A stretch of 26,268 nt of DNA from a virus (taxonomy: Duplodnaviria > Caudoviricetes). The first letter of the stretch is position 1, and the number at the start of each line of letters is the position of its first letter. The DNA is taken from IMG/VR virus record IMGVR_UViG_3300038313_000153, positions 1-26,268 of that record; one strand, 5' to 3'. Shown here piece after piece: positions 8,332 to 17,009 of this stretch. The translations under genes and the position numbers were made by a program. The notes under the pieces were generated by a model, which made no database searches, had not been told where the DNA came from, and saw only the letters and a list, made by a program, of their open reading frames with translations.

Positions 8332-9129
8332 TTATAAAGTTTTAATAAAGCCTTCAATGAATTTTTCATCGATTATGCTCGGGATGTAATATTCGTTGTC
8401 TTTGAGAACCTGCCGTTTGTTTTGATGAAGAACCTGCTCTCCAGCTAAAGAATTGCCATAACCCCGTGCGAAGTCCGTATCAGTTAATTCCGGAAGTACC
8501 TCTCTATATCTAAACATGATTCTACGCATCATACTGGGGTGTGCCAGCGGAAAGGCCAATTTGCTTATGTTTAACCGCTCATTGGCTGCCTTCAGCTTAA
8601 TTTTTGTTATAATGGCCTGTTTTCCCCCCGCGGTGACGTTTAGGTAATTTAGGTTGACCTTATAACCTTTTGCCTCCAGTGTTCTTGCAAGATGTAAAGC
8701 TAGAATGTTGCTTTTTTGTATAGCCTCTTTCGAGACAACCGATAAATAAGAGCAATTCTTGGTGATTGTAATTATCTTTTGCTTTTGAACAACCTTTTTC
8801 TTGTTTATCATGTTGGTTGGTACTCCCTGTAAGTAACGGGGAACTGAAGCTTGGAAGCCCACCACATCGTAGTTCATTTTTTCGCGGAACCCTTTGTCTA
8901 TTTTCATTGTGCTCAGCTTGTCTGTTAATATTTTTGCTTCGGTATGCCACCCGTTTGTGAAAAGGTCCATCGCCTCTTCATAACTATGTGTTCCCGTAAA
9001 GTTGTAAGTACCTTTCGATGCATTTTGGCTATCTAAACTCCTTCCTGTAAATACCTTGTTTACCTCGTGAGTTTCTAAAAAACTCCTTAAGCTTCCTAAG
9101 CTATCAAAATGCTTTATAATGAGTTCCAT
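8332..9129 (-). CDS. probable vWA-like partner of the AAA+ ATPase
   Basis: Adjacent to a MoxR-type ATPase; GFQASVPRYLQGVPTNM and LAFPLAHPSMMRRIMF motifs, alpha/beta C-terminal half; the MIDAS motif is not clearly preserved. Confidence 0.6.
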   Translation of the reverse strand: MELIIKHFDSLGSLRSFLETHEVNKVFTGRSLDSQNASKGTYNFTGTHSYEEAMDLFTNGWHTEAKILTDKLSTMKIDKGFREKMNYDVVGFQASVPRYLQGVPTNMINKKKVVQKQKIITITKNCSYLSVVSKEAIQKSNILALHLARTLEAKGYKVNLNYLNVTAGGKQAIITKIKLKAANERLNISKLAFPLAHPSMMRRIMFRYREVLPELTDTDFARGYGNSLAGEQVLHQNKRQVLKDNEYYIPSIIDEKFIEGFIKTL

Positions 9130-9279
9130 TAATATCTGCCTCCTTATTCTTTAAGACTGCCTGACTTTGTTTTCTTGACCTTACGGCAACCAACCTTTTC
9201 GACCAAGTAGTCCCATCAGTACCGCTTAACGCCTGCGGCTTGCCTGATATTTTCTTGTCCAAGAGCTGTTGTTGATTCT

Positions 9280-9307
9280 ATTCTATCACGTCTGTCTGGA
9301 AAGTAAA
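9280..9307 (-). promoter_or_regulatory. sigmaA-type promoter with long structured leader
   Basis: TTTACT-16 nt-TAGAAT with extended TG and A-tract; about 145 nt of leader before the ATG at 9129. Confidence 0.7.
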
Positions 9308-9316
9308 CCATTTTTT

Positions 9317-9745
9317 TCAATTTATTTGCATTATTTTTATTCCAGCCTCTTTCATTATTATATCGGATAGCTCGTCGGGGTAGTCTTCAAGGTAATAAAT
9401 TTCTGAAAAGCCAAAGTACACCAACAACTTGGCACAACTGAAGCAGGGTTTGTGAGTACAATAGATTTGTGCTCCTTTAAGCGAAACTTCAGCTATTTGT
9501 GCTTTCAGGATTGCATTTACTTCGGCATGTATTGCTAAGCAAGCATCATGCCCGTTTCCATGTTCAAATCCTTTGCTACGTTTTAAACAAAACCCACGTG
9601 AAATACAACTTTGTATTCCTATTGGGGCCTTGTTGCTTGCCGTTGAAACTATCATTCCCCTTTTAACAATAACAGCCCCCTTTTTGTTGTAGCAATTTGA
9701 AGCATGTGCAGCTACCGACTTCGCTATTTGAAAGTATTTTTCCAT
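9317..9745 (-). CDS. dCMP deaminase
   Basis: HAEVNAI and PCFSC Zn-binding motifs; KGAVIVK. Confidence 0.92.
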   Translation of the reverse strand: MEKYFQIAKSVAAHASNCYNKKGAVIVKRGMIVSTASNKAPIGIQSCISRGFCLKRSKGFEHGNGHDACLAIHAEVNAILKAQIAEVSLKGAQIYCTHKPCFSCAKLLVYFGFSEIYYLEDYPDELSDIIMKEAGIKIMQIN

Positions 9746-9746
9746 G

Positions 9747-10367
9747 TTATTCTTCCAATTTCAGATTTGGGTTATTAACAAAAGCATAGAGTGCTATGCA
9801 AGCGCTGTCTGCTGCATCATCATCAAAATAAACCTTTCCCGCATTCTTTCCCTTCTTGTGTATTTTTAGACTGCCATCTTTATTTCTCATCGTAACATCA
9901 AAGCCTTGTTTTTGTACAAACAATATAGCAGCTGCCTTCTCAGGCTTTTCAAAGTTCTTATATTTCTTGGTATCTGTTTTACTGCTGCCAAGTATTTTTG
10001 ATTTCCAGCTGCGTGTGTCTACTGAGTAAACTTGAATATCATGCTGATAAGCTGTATCAACTATGGTCCCAATCAAAGCCCCTGTTGCTTTAAGATAATC
10101 AGGTTTAAGACCAAAGCCTTGTTGTTTATTAGGCCCTTGACTGAATGTTCGTATTCGTTCTACCAAAATAACTATTTCATCTGCTTTATCCTTGTTTGCT
10201 TTAAGTATCTTAGACAGAAGCGTCGATACATGTAACCGTTTTTCTATCTTGTTTTTACAACCATAAAAATCAATACTTCTTACAACTAAAAGTTTATTAT
10301 CAGCTGCTATACTTATTCCTGTTCTAGCGTAGCTTTGGTCTATACCAATGGATAACTTTTTATACAT
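9747..10367 (-). CDS. RuvC-like Holliday junction resolvase
   Basis: IGIDQSYARTG, ILVE, DDDAADSACIA RNase H-fold acidic motifs. Confidence 0.75.
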   Translation of the reverse strand: MYKKLSIGIDQSYARTGISIAADNKLLVVRSIDFYGCKNKIEKRLHVSTLLSKILKANKDKADEIVILVERIRTFSQGPNKQQGFGLKPDYLKATGALIGTIVDTAYQHDIQVYSVDTRSWKSKILGSSKTDTKKYKNFEKPEKAAAILFVQKQGFDVTMRNKDGSLKIHKKGKNAGKVYFDDDAADSACIALYAFVNNPNLKLEE

Positions 10368-10410
10368 ACAAACAATAACTATCCTCCTTTAGTAGAGTAG
10401 CTAACTTAAG

Positions 10411-10434
10411 TAGTAGTAGTAGTAGTAGTAGTAG
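10411..10434. repeat. perfect (TAG)8 trinucleotide tract in an intergenic region
   Basis: tagtagtagtagtagtagtagtag read directly. Confidence 0.95.
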
Positions 10435-10575
10435 TACTCTTATAAGATAGTAAGCAGTACCCTTCGCCGCACGGGTGCGTCGCTTTAACAGGTGCGATTT
10501 TGTGCGTCCGACGTAGGCGACAGCTTGGTTGTCAACAGAAGTCCTACATCTAGGCATCTCTCAAGCCCTTGCATT

Positions 10576-11412
10576 TTATAGGTCAACTCTCTTGTTGCCT
10601 ATATTAAAGCAGGCATCTCGCATGTTGCAGCTCTTCGCCCTTGATGTTTCACTGTTTTTACATTTTCTTGGTGGAATTTCTTTTGACTTAACAAAAGCCT
10701 TTTTCATTTCCTGCACTTGATTCAATCTACCTAAAAATGGCAGTACTTGTTCTGGGTCATATTCGCACATAAAAGGCTGCCAGTCTTGATTGTTTTTGTC
10801 CTCAGCTAACACAAAACCTTGTGAAATGCCAAGTAAATGCATATATAATTGTAACTGTTTTTGTCCAGAAGGGTGTGATTTAGCCTTTTGATATGCAAAC
10901 GTATTCATTGATTTTATCTCTACAACATATTTAGTACCATCCAGATTTATAACAGCGTCAGGCGTGAAGTAGAGCTCATATTCGTCTGAAAAGTGCCTTG
11001 CTTCAATATCTACAGCAATGCCAGCTTTAATAAACATATTCTGCCACTTTTCATGTATGCTTGTACCAGCAGCAAATATGCGTAAAAGGTTAATAGGTAG
11101 TTGCTCACCCTGATTTTGCTTATATAATAATGAAAGAACTTGGGCTCTGTAGCAGAACTCATTATCAGATACAATGATAGCACTAGCATGTAGGCCGGCC
11201 CTTTCCTCGTCCTTTTCATCCCTTAAATAGAATAGCTTATCAAGCCTACTTTTAATTAATAGGCCTTTGAGGTCATCAGGATAGGTACTTTTATTCCTTG
11301 ACATAGGTTTATGCCTATTTGAGGATTGCTTTTCAACTGAAGGATTCTGGCTACCTTTCCCTTTATTTAGCTCGTCCATGATAGCTGACTTTAATGACAT
11401 ATTTACCTCCAT
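10576..11412 (-). CDS. Cas4-like PD-(D/E)XK exonuclease with predicted Fe-S cluster
   Basis: HASA...FC, GTSIHE, TPDAV, VEIKS, QLQLY, three C-terminal Cys. Confidence 0.85.
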   Translation of the reverse strand: MEVNMSLKSAIMDELNKGKGSQNPSVEKQSSNRHKPMSRNKSTYPDDLKGLLIKSRLDKLFYLRDEKDEERAGLHASAIIVSDNEFCYRAQVLSLLYKQNQGEQLPINLLRIFAAGTSIHEKWQNMFIKAGIAVDIEARHFSDEYELYFTPDAVINLDGTKYVVEIKSMNTFAYQKAKSHPSGQKQLQLYMHLLGISQGFVLAEDKNNQDWQPFMCEYDPEQVLPFLGRLNQVQEMKKAFVKSKEIPPRKCKNSETSRAKSCNMRDACFNIGNKRVDL

Positions 11413-11421
11413 ATAAATAAG

Positions 11422-11442
11422 AAGGGGCCATAAAGGCCCCTT
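11422..11442 (-). terminator. stem-loop between recA and the exonuclease gene
   Basis: AAGGGGCC-5 nt-GGCCCCTT with a weak T tract. Confidence 0.6.
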
Positions 11443-11460
11443 GCTATTAATTAATGTAAA

Positions 11461-12363
11461 CTATTTTTTGTAAATTTCTTTATTTTGTTGCATTATTTCC
11501 AACCGAATAGGCTTTATATCGTCATGCGACACATAACCTCTACTAAAAAACATGGGTAATTCACATTCCCCAAACGGATTGCATATCTTTGATTTGACAA
11601 CTTTGCATTTGGTGATTATGCCCACCTTCTCAGCATCAGCTGTGTTAGCAGGATTTTTATTGGGTACGTCAATCCATGCACGTCTGCCAACTTGAATTCT
11701 TACACTAGCATAATGTCTGAGTGCGTGGCCACCGGGCGTTTGTGTCTTTTCGCCAAACATCAATGCATCCATTTTGTCTCTGACCTGATTGATGAAAACT
11801 ACAGTTGTGCCAGATACTTCAATGATGTCATTCAGATTCTTTAACGTTCTACTGAACAACGCAGCAAGTTGGCCTCTTTGTGGTTGTTTTTCAATATCTT
11901 TTTCAACCTGTTCATATTGCGCTTTTGGTACCATGCCGGGAACGCTGTCTATTATTACCAAAGGAATACCTGCTTTGCTGAATTGCATTGTTTTATCCAT
12001 AATGTCCTCTGCATGTTTACAGTCTCGGTATACAAGCATTTGCTTTGGTTTATTACCAAATAGCTTAGCTCGGTCAATGTCAAATGTCCCCTCTGCTGGA
12101 ATAAACAAGCACATTTTATGGAGAGAGCCTAAGTGGTAAGCAAGGCTTGTTTTTCCAGAGCTTTCAGGCCCAAATATTTCTACCATCCTGCCTTTCGGCA
12201 TCCCTCCACCCAAAACAGCATCAAGGTCTTCAATATAAGTGCTCCAACGGGGAATACCTGCGTTAGCTGCTTTTGAGCCTAGACTATAAATGGAACCTTT
12301 TCCTTGCTTATTCTCTATCCCTTTGCATAGCTCCATTATTTGCATTAGTTGTTTTTTATCCAA
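11461..12363 (-). CDS. recA: RecA/UvsX-like recombinase
   Basis: GGGMPKGRMVEIFGPESSGKT, IIDSV, FINQVR, TPGGHALRHYASVRI, VVKSK. Confidence 0.95.
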   Translation of the reverse strand: MDKKQLMQIMELCKGIENKQGKGSIYSLGSKAANAGIPRWSTYIEDLDAVLGGGMPKGRMVEIFGPESSGKTSLAYHLGSLHKMCLFIPAEGTFDIDRAKLFGNKPKQMLVYRDCKHAEDIMDKTMQFSKAGIPLVIIDSVPGMVPKAQYEQVEKDIEKQPQRGQLAALFSRTLKNLNDIIEVSGTTVVFINQVRDKMDALMFGEKTQTPGGHALRHYASVRIQVGRRAWIDVPNKNPANTADAEKVGIITKCKVVKSKICNPFGECELPMFFSRGYVSHDDIKPIRLEIMQQNKEIYKK

Positions 12364-12485
12364 AGTATCATTCCTTTCCAGAGGTTGTACGTTAAAGCGT
12401 GTTGAAAGTTAATACAATCGAATATGTTTATACCTGTGGTTGTTTAGCATTAAGACTGTAAGGAGTCAGTTTGGAACCTCCTTAA

Positions 12486-15134
12486 TTAATTGCATATTAA
12501 GCCGGCGTTATACTTTATTACTCTACTTAAATAGCGTTTCATATTAAACTCAGCAGCCCCATGCTCAACAAGGGAATTAATTACTCCTTTATGGACTGCC
12601 CTGCTTCTACAGCGTTCGACAAACTCAGCAATAGATTTATACGGACCATTTTCTTTCCGTTCGTTTTCAATATACTCGGCTGCTTTAAGGCCAACACCGT
12701 TAATAGTTATAAGGCCTTCTTGTATTACCTTTTCACCATCAACTTTGCGAAGAGAATAATCAGCTGAGTAGTTAACATGGGGAAGGAATATGACTATGCC
12801 ATCTTTGGCAGCATCTTTCCTAAATTGCCAATCTTTAGTTTTGTCGTAGCTATACTTCATGCTTGCATACCAGAACTCAGCAGGGTGGAATATTTTGTGG
12901 TACATTTGCCATTCTGATATAAGAGCGTAACCTGAGCCGTGGCCTTTGTTAAACAAATATAATGTCATACTATCAAACAGTTCAGCAGCCGCTTGCTTGT
13001 TAACTTTGCTTATTTTATTTGCCCCTTCAACGAATTTGTCTTTTAGTTCAAGCCGTTGTTCTTCGTTAAATTTAAACTTCATAATCTTATCAACGTCATC
13101 ATTGTGCATTTGAGCAAGCCCTTTGCAGATACGCATAACGTGCTCCTGATATATTATTGTGCCATAGCTGTCAGCTGTGTATCTGTACCATGGGGTGCTT
13201 TTATTGGGCTTTACTTTGTTCTCAGCATATTGTGTGTGCATTTGTAGCTGTAATGGCCCAGGTCGATTGAGTGATACAGCAGCTATCAGGTCTTGAATGT
13301 TGTCCGCTTCCATTGATACAAGAATATCTTGAGCAGTTGGCTTATTTAGCTGGAATATGCCCATAGTCTTTCCTGTTTTGAAGCCGTCATAGATAGCTTG
13401 TTTTTGCTTCTTCGATGCAGTTCGTGTGTCGTATTTATCACCGGTTAACTCTTCGATTTCGTGGATGATGTTTAATGTTTTCAGCCCAAGAATGTCAAAC
13501 TTAAGGAAGTCGAAAGCTTCAATATCATATTTATCGAAGCATGTAACGAACTTCCCTTTCACTTTCATCAACGACATATAGCTGCCAATGGAGTTTCGTG
13601 TAATTACAACACCAGCTGCGTGAGTTCCGTAGTAACGTACTTGTCCATAAAGTTTGCAAAAATGCGTGATGATATTGCTATATTGCTTTTCAAGCCTGCG
13701 CATTTCAGGAAGTGCTATAATTTTATTATAATCTACACCTTCAAACTCAAAGTGAGCTTTATCGTCAACGTTTTTATCAAGCGTGCTTTTGAATATCTTT
13801 GCATCTTCCTCGTCCATTTCAAAATGTTTTATGAAGTCGTTGCATAGGTTTTTTGCACGATAGAACCCAAACGTAATTACTTGAGCCGAGTGTCCTTTGT
13901 ATTTTTCAAGCAAGTATTCTATAATTTCATCACGCAAACCATACTCAAAGTCAAGGTCTATATCAGGCATCTTCTTTTTATCAGCTCTGAGAAAGCGTTC
14001 GAAGTCATTGCCTATTTCTATAGGGTCAACGTTCGTAATGCCTAATAAGTCAGCTATAAGCGAGCCACAAACGGAACCCCTTCCGGGTCCTACATAAATA
14101 TTTCTACGTTTTGCCTCTTCGACATAATCGGCAACTATTAAAAAGTAGTCAGCTAGGTTGTGATTCTTGATGACGTTGGCTTCAAGCTTTAACCTCTCAA
14201 TATATTCTTTATTTGCCAAGCCTCTTACTTTTAACTCGTTAATGCATTTCTTTTTCAGGTCTTTATAAGCATTATTTGTGTCAGGAAAAACAGGAACAGA
14301 ATCACTAAAATCAAGCTGTATGTCAACTTTGTCGTATATTTCCTCGAGATTATCAAGCATTTCCCTAGCTTGCTTTTTAGTAAATTCTCTTAGTAACTTA
14401 GCTTTGATTTCCTTTTCTGAATGCATGTGACGAGCACCATAAGTTGCTTCAACATCTGATTTCTTGCCGCTTAACGCGTGCATCACCTTATACGTTTCAA
14501 AGTCCTCATGCCTTGTATAATGGGAGTCAGTTGTTGGGATGCATTTCACGTTGTATGTTTTACCCAGTGAATATAGTTCCTTATTAGCTAACTCTTGCAA
14601 CCCAACCTCATCAAGCGGGATAGGCATAATTTCAAAATAGAAGTTATCATCAAATATCCTTTTAAACCTCTTTGTTGCCTTTATGGCAAGCTTATCATTA
14701 TTGTTCACTATTGCCTGCGATACAATCCCGCCTATGCATGCTGATGTGCATATTACGCCTTCATTATATTTTTCAAGTAGGTCGAAAGTAACTATGCCGC
14801 GCCGATAGAAATTATGTTCGTTTGCATAAGTAATTATTTGCATGATGTTTGAGTAACCTGTTTGATTTTGAGCAAACAAACATAAGTGATAATATGGCTT
14901 GTCTTTATTAAAGTGGGGTTGAAAGTAAGCTTCAACCCCAATAATAGGCTTTATTCCTGCTTTGTTACACTCAAAATATAGTTTAGCTACTCCTGCTGTG
15001 TTACCATGGTCTGATAAACCAAGGGCAGGCATCCCTAACTCTTTGGCATATTCTACAATGTCCTGAATACGACCAAAACCGTCAAATAAGCTATATTGAG
15101 AATGCTTATGAAGCTCAAACCACATATTTACCAA
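12486..15134 (-). CDS. dnaE: DNA polymerase III alpha subunit (family C, PHP domain)
   Basis: HKHSQYSLFDG, SDHG, TDSHY PHP motifs; GPGRGSVCGS, FERFL, PDIDLDF, HAAGVVI, KFDILGL, RPGP. Confidence 0.96.
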   Translation of the reverse strand: MVNMWFELHKHSQYSLFDGFGRIQDIVEYAKELGMPALGLSDHGNTAGVAKLYFECNKAGIKPIIGVEAYFQPHFNKDKPYYHLCLFAQNQTGYSNIMQIITYANEHNFYRRGIVTFDLLEKYNEGVICTSACIGGIVSQAIVNNNDKLAIKATKRFKRIFDDNFYFEIMPIPLDEVGLQELANKELYSLGKTYNVKCIPTTDSHYTRHEDFETYKVMHALSGKKSDVEATYGARHMHSEKEIKAKLLREFTKKQAREMLDNLEEIYDKVDIQLDFSDSVPVFPDTNNAYKDLKKKCINELKVRGLANKEYIERLKLEANVIKNHNLADYFLIVADYVEEAKRRNIYVGPGRGSVCGSLIADLLGITNVDPIEIGNDFERFLRADKKKMPDIDLDFEYGLRDEIIEYLLEKYKGHSAQVITFGFYRAKNLCNDFIKHFEMDEEDAKIFKSTLDKNVDDKAHFEFEGVDYNKIIALPEMRRLEKQYSNIITHFCKLYGQVRYYGTHAAGVVITRNSIGSYMSLMKVKGKFVTCFDKYDIEAFDFLKFDILGLKTLNIIHEIEELTGDKYDTRTASKKQKQAIYDGFKTGKTMGIFQLNKPTAQDILVSMEADNIQDLIAAVSLNRPGPLQLQMHTQYAENKVKPNKSTPWYRYTADSYGTIIYQEHVMRICKGLAQMHNDDVDKIMKFKFNEEQRLELKDKFVEGANKISKVNKQAAAELFDSMTLYLFNKGHGSGYALISEWQMYHKIFHPAEFWYASMKYSYDKTKDWQFRKDAAKDGIVIFLPHVNYSADYSLRKVDGEKVIQEGLITINGVGLKAAEYIENERKENGPYKSIAEFVERCRSRAVHKGVINSLVEHGAAEFNMKRYLSRVIKYNAGLICN

Positions 15135-15717
15135 CTACTTTCGTAAATTCTTGCAGGTCTTCTTTGTAAACATGAAGGCTGCCAATTAAGAAATTCATGT
15201 CAAACTTCTGCTTATAATACAGCACTTTCCGGCCGGCTACGTAAGCTAAGTACATATCAGTAATGAAGTTATTATAAAAGTCACAACTTCGCATGCCTAC
15301 GTTAATGTATGATTTATCATTGCGCTGCATAAAGTTTATAAATTGAAAGCAATGCATTTGGTCGAAAGTTATGCTTAGCTGCCTTGTTGTAATAATCTCG
15401 TCAGCATCTGGATATGTTCTTACTATATTGCGAAGTTTATCCGCGTTAAACCACAGCTGAGCATAATCAGAAAGTATGTAATTGCCTATTTGCCCATTTG
15501 TAGCTCTTAATTCTAAAACAGCGCTTGCTATTTCCCAAGCTTGCTTAATATTAAAGCCAATCAAATCGAAAAGCTCATTAAATGATTCCTCGGTAATATC
15601 TTTAAAACGAAGAATGACTGCTGGAAGCTCAACTGTGTTACTAACAAATTTTTTCTTCCTAGCTAGCTCAATTGTTTGTTTAGCTTTGGGACTTAATTTT
15701 TCAAGTATTTCCGACAC
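15115..15717 (-). CDS. short thymidylate synthase (ThyA)-fold protein, dCMP hydroxymethylase-like
   Basis: MHCFQFINF (catalytic Cys), MRSCDFYNNFITD, IGSLHVY; overlaps dnaE start. Confidence 0.75.
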   Translation of the reverse strand: MSEILEKLSPKAKQTIELARKKKFVSNTVELPAVILRFKDITEESFNELFDLIGFNIKQAWEIASAVLELRATNGQIGNYILSDYAQLWFNADKLRNIVRTYPDADEIITTRQLSITFDQMHCFQFINFMQRNDKSYINVGMRSCDFYNNFITDMYLAYVAGRKVLYYKQKFDMNFLIGSLHVYKEDLQEFTKVVGKYVV

Positions 15718-15738
15718 ATATAAACCTCCCTAAAAAGA

Positions 15739-16692
15739 TTATTCAACACATAAGTATTTTTTAGCCGCTATGTTGACACGATAAAGTAACTTGTTGTAAT
15801 ACTCAAACGTTTTCTTGAAAAGATTCCAGTTCCCGCCGCCAGTGCCATTCATCTCATGCCTGTATTTCTGATAAATAAAGTCATCAGGATGCCATTCAAA
15901 AATGTCGCTGTCTTCATCCGGGAAATAAAGATTGGTAGCCTTTCCTGTCCTTGCCATATTGGCATAAAACATAGATGGCTTATGGAAGTCAAATATGTCG
16001 TAGCAATATGGTATTTTAGCCACTATGTTGCATGCCATTTGGTAGGCAATTATGTTATCAGTCTCAGGCTGGATTTGCTTGTCAATCCTTTGGTTAATAA
16101 ATGCTATAGCATCTTTTAAATTCATGCGCATAAAGTAAAATGTTTCCAAGCAACGAGGGAGAATATACCTTGCATCCATAATTGAAACTTCTTTGCTGTC
16201 AATCATGTCACAATAAAGCTGCTTAGCATCTTTCACTATTTGCTCATATCGTTCAATAAATTCAGGTGAGTTTTCAATGCTCCATGGTACTAAAGCTGCT
16301 CTGTCCGTCCACCACTTATCACCTGAGCAGTCAGCACTGAAGCTACCGGTCCTATATCTAATAAGATGTGTTGCCTCTTGTATGCTAATACCAGATATTT
16401 TGAATACCAAGTTAATTGTTTCAAGAGCCGTTGGCAATGATTTGCCGAGTATACAATTTCGAATCAATTCGTCCTTTTCTCTTTCTGAAAGTTTACGTGC
16501 ATCATTTGGGTCTTCAGCCCATGTTGCTTCAAGAAATTGCGGCAAATAATCCCTTAATTCATTAGGGGTAGGTGCTGCAATTAACTCAACATCAATAGCG
16601 CTAAGGTTATTTTTAAGAAGTGTTGTAGGTTTTTTGCCCCACTTTTGTTCCATGGGTAGTTCAACGGGTTGCAAGCTTTCATTCTTTGGCAT
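15739..16692 (-). CDS. divergent ThyX-fold protein
   Basis: ALETINLVFKISGIS, HLIRYRTGSFS, DARYILP, MNLKD...FINQR align to the ThyX scaffold, but the signature is altered. Confidence 0.75.
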   Translation of the reverse strand: MPKNESLQPVELPMEQKWGKKPTTLLKNNLSAIDVELIAAPTPNELRDYLPQFLEATWAEDPNDARKLSEREKDELIRNCILGKSLPTALETINLVFKISGISIQEATHLIRYRTGSFSADCSGDKWWTDRAALVPWSIENSPEFIERYEQIVKDAKQLYCDMIDSKEVSIMDARYILPRCLETFYFMRMNLKDAIAFINQRIDKQIQPETDNIIAYQMACNIVAKIPYCYDIFDFHKPSMFYANMARTGKATNLYFPDEDSDIFEWHPDDFIYQKYRHEMNGTGGGNWNLFKKTFEYYNKLLYRVNIAAKKYLCVE

Positions 16693-16716
16693 TATAATCC
16701 TCCTTTAGATAGAACA

Positions 16717-16736
16717 AAGGAGGGTTGCCCCTCCTT
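16717..16736 (-). terminator. terminator-like hairpin with GNRA loop
   Basis: AAGGAGGG-GCAA-CCCTCCTT-TGTTCT. Confidence 0.7.
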
Positions 16737-16742
16737 GTTAAA

Positions 16743-16958
16743 TTAGTCTACAAAAATAATTTTTACTCCGAACTCCTTGAATCTTTCTACGATGTCCATG
16801 TACTTGGTGCCGGGTTGTCTCATCATATTTGCTATGTCTCTCTTCATTGCCTCAGCTGTATCGTCGGATTCCATTTCCTTCAGTAGATGATAAACTTTAC
16901 TTACCATAAAGAAAATATTTCCATCCTCACCACTTTGGGAAATTACTAAATCATACAT
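16743..16958 (-). CDS. small hypothetical early-type protein
   Basis: 71 aa, GEDGNIF motif; own promoter, leader motif and hairpin. Confidence 0.75.
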   Translation of the reverse strand: MYDLVISQSGEDGNIFFMVSKVYHLLKEMESDDTAEAMKRDIANMMRQPGTKYMDIVERFKEFGVKIIFVD

Positions 16959-17009
16959 TCATTTCACCTCCTCTTGAGTGCTTTAGTATTAAGCATTAGC
17001 TTAACCTAA

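Noticed and set aside
9190-9245. Hammerhead ribozyme (CTGATG...stem...GAAA on the minus strand)
   Set aside because: The core reads CUGAUGG rather than CUGANGA, and no stem III with a UH cleavage site could be built
9180-9250. c-di-GMP-I riboswitch (GGCAA...GGGACUA...GUUGCC resemblance)
   Set aside because: Lacks the GNRA-capped P2 and the GACGCAAAG junction
10360-10557. 65 aa ORF with a poly-Leu run
   Set aside because: The poly-Leu is the translation of the (CTA)n tract; no RBS; the region looks structural
10576-11412. CRISPR-associated cas4
   Set aside because: No array or other cas genes; solo Cas4-like nucleases next to recA are common in phages
12364-12485. tRNA or ncRNA between dnaE and recA
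   Set aside because: Only a short AAGGAG/CTCCTT stem and a 13-codon frame; no cloverleaf
12486-15134. Intein or intron in the polymerase
   Set aside because: The ORF is continuous and compact with family C motifs in order and no splice-junction or homing-endonuclease motifs
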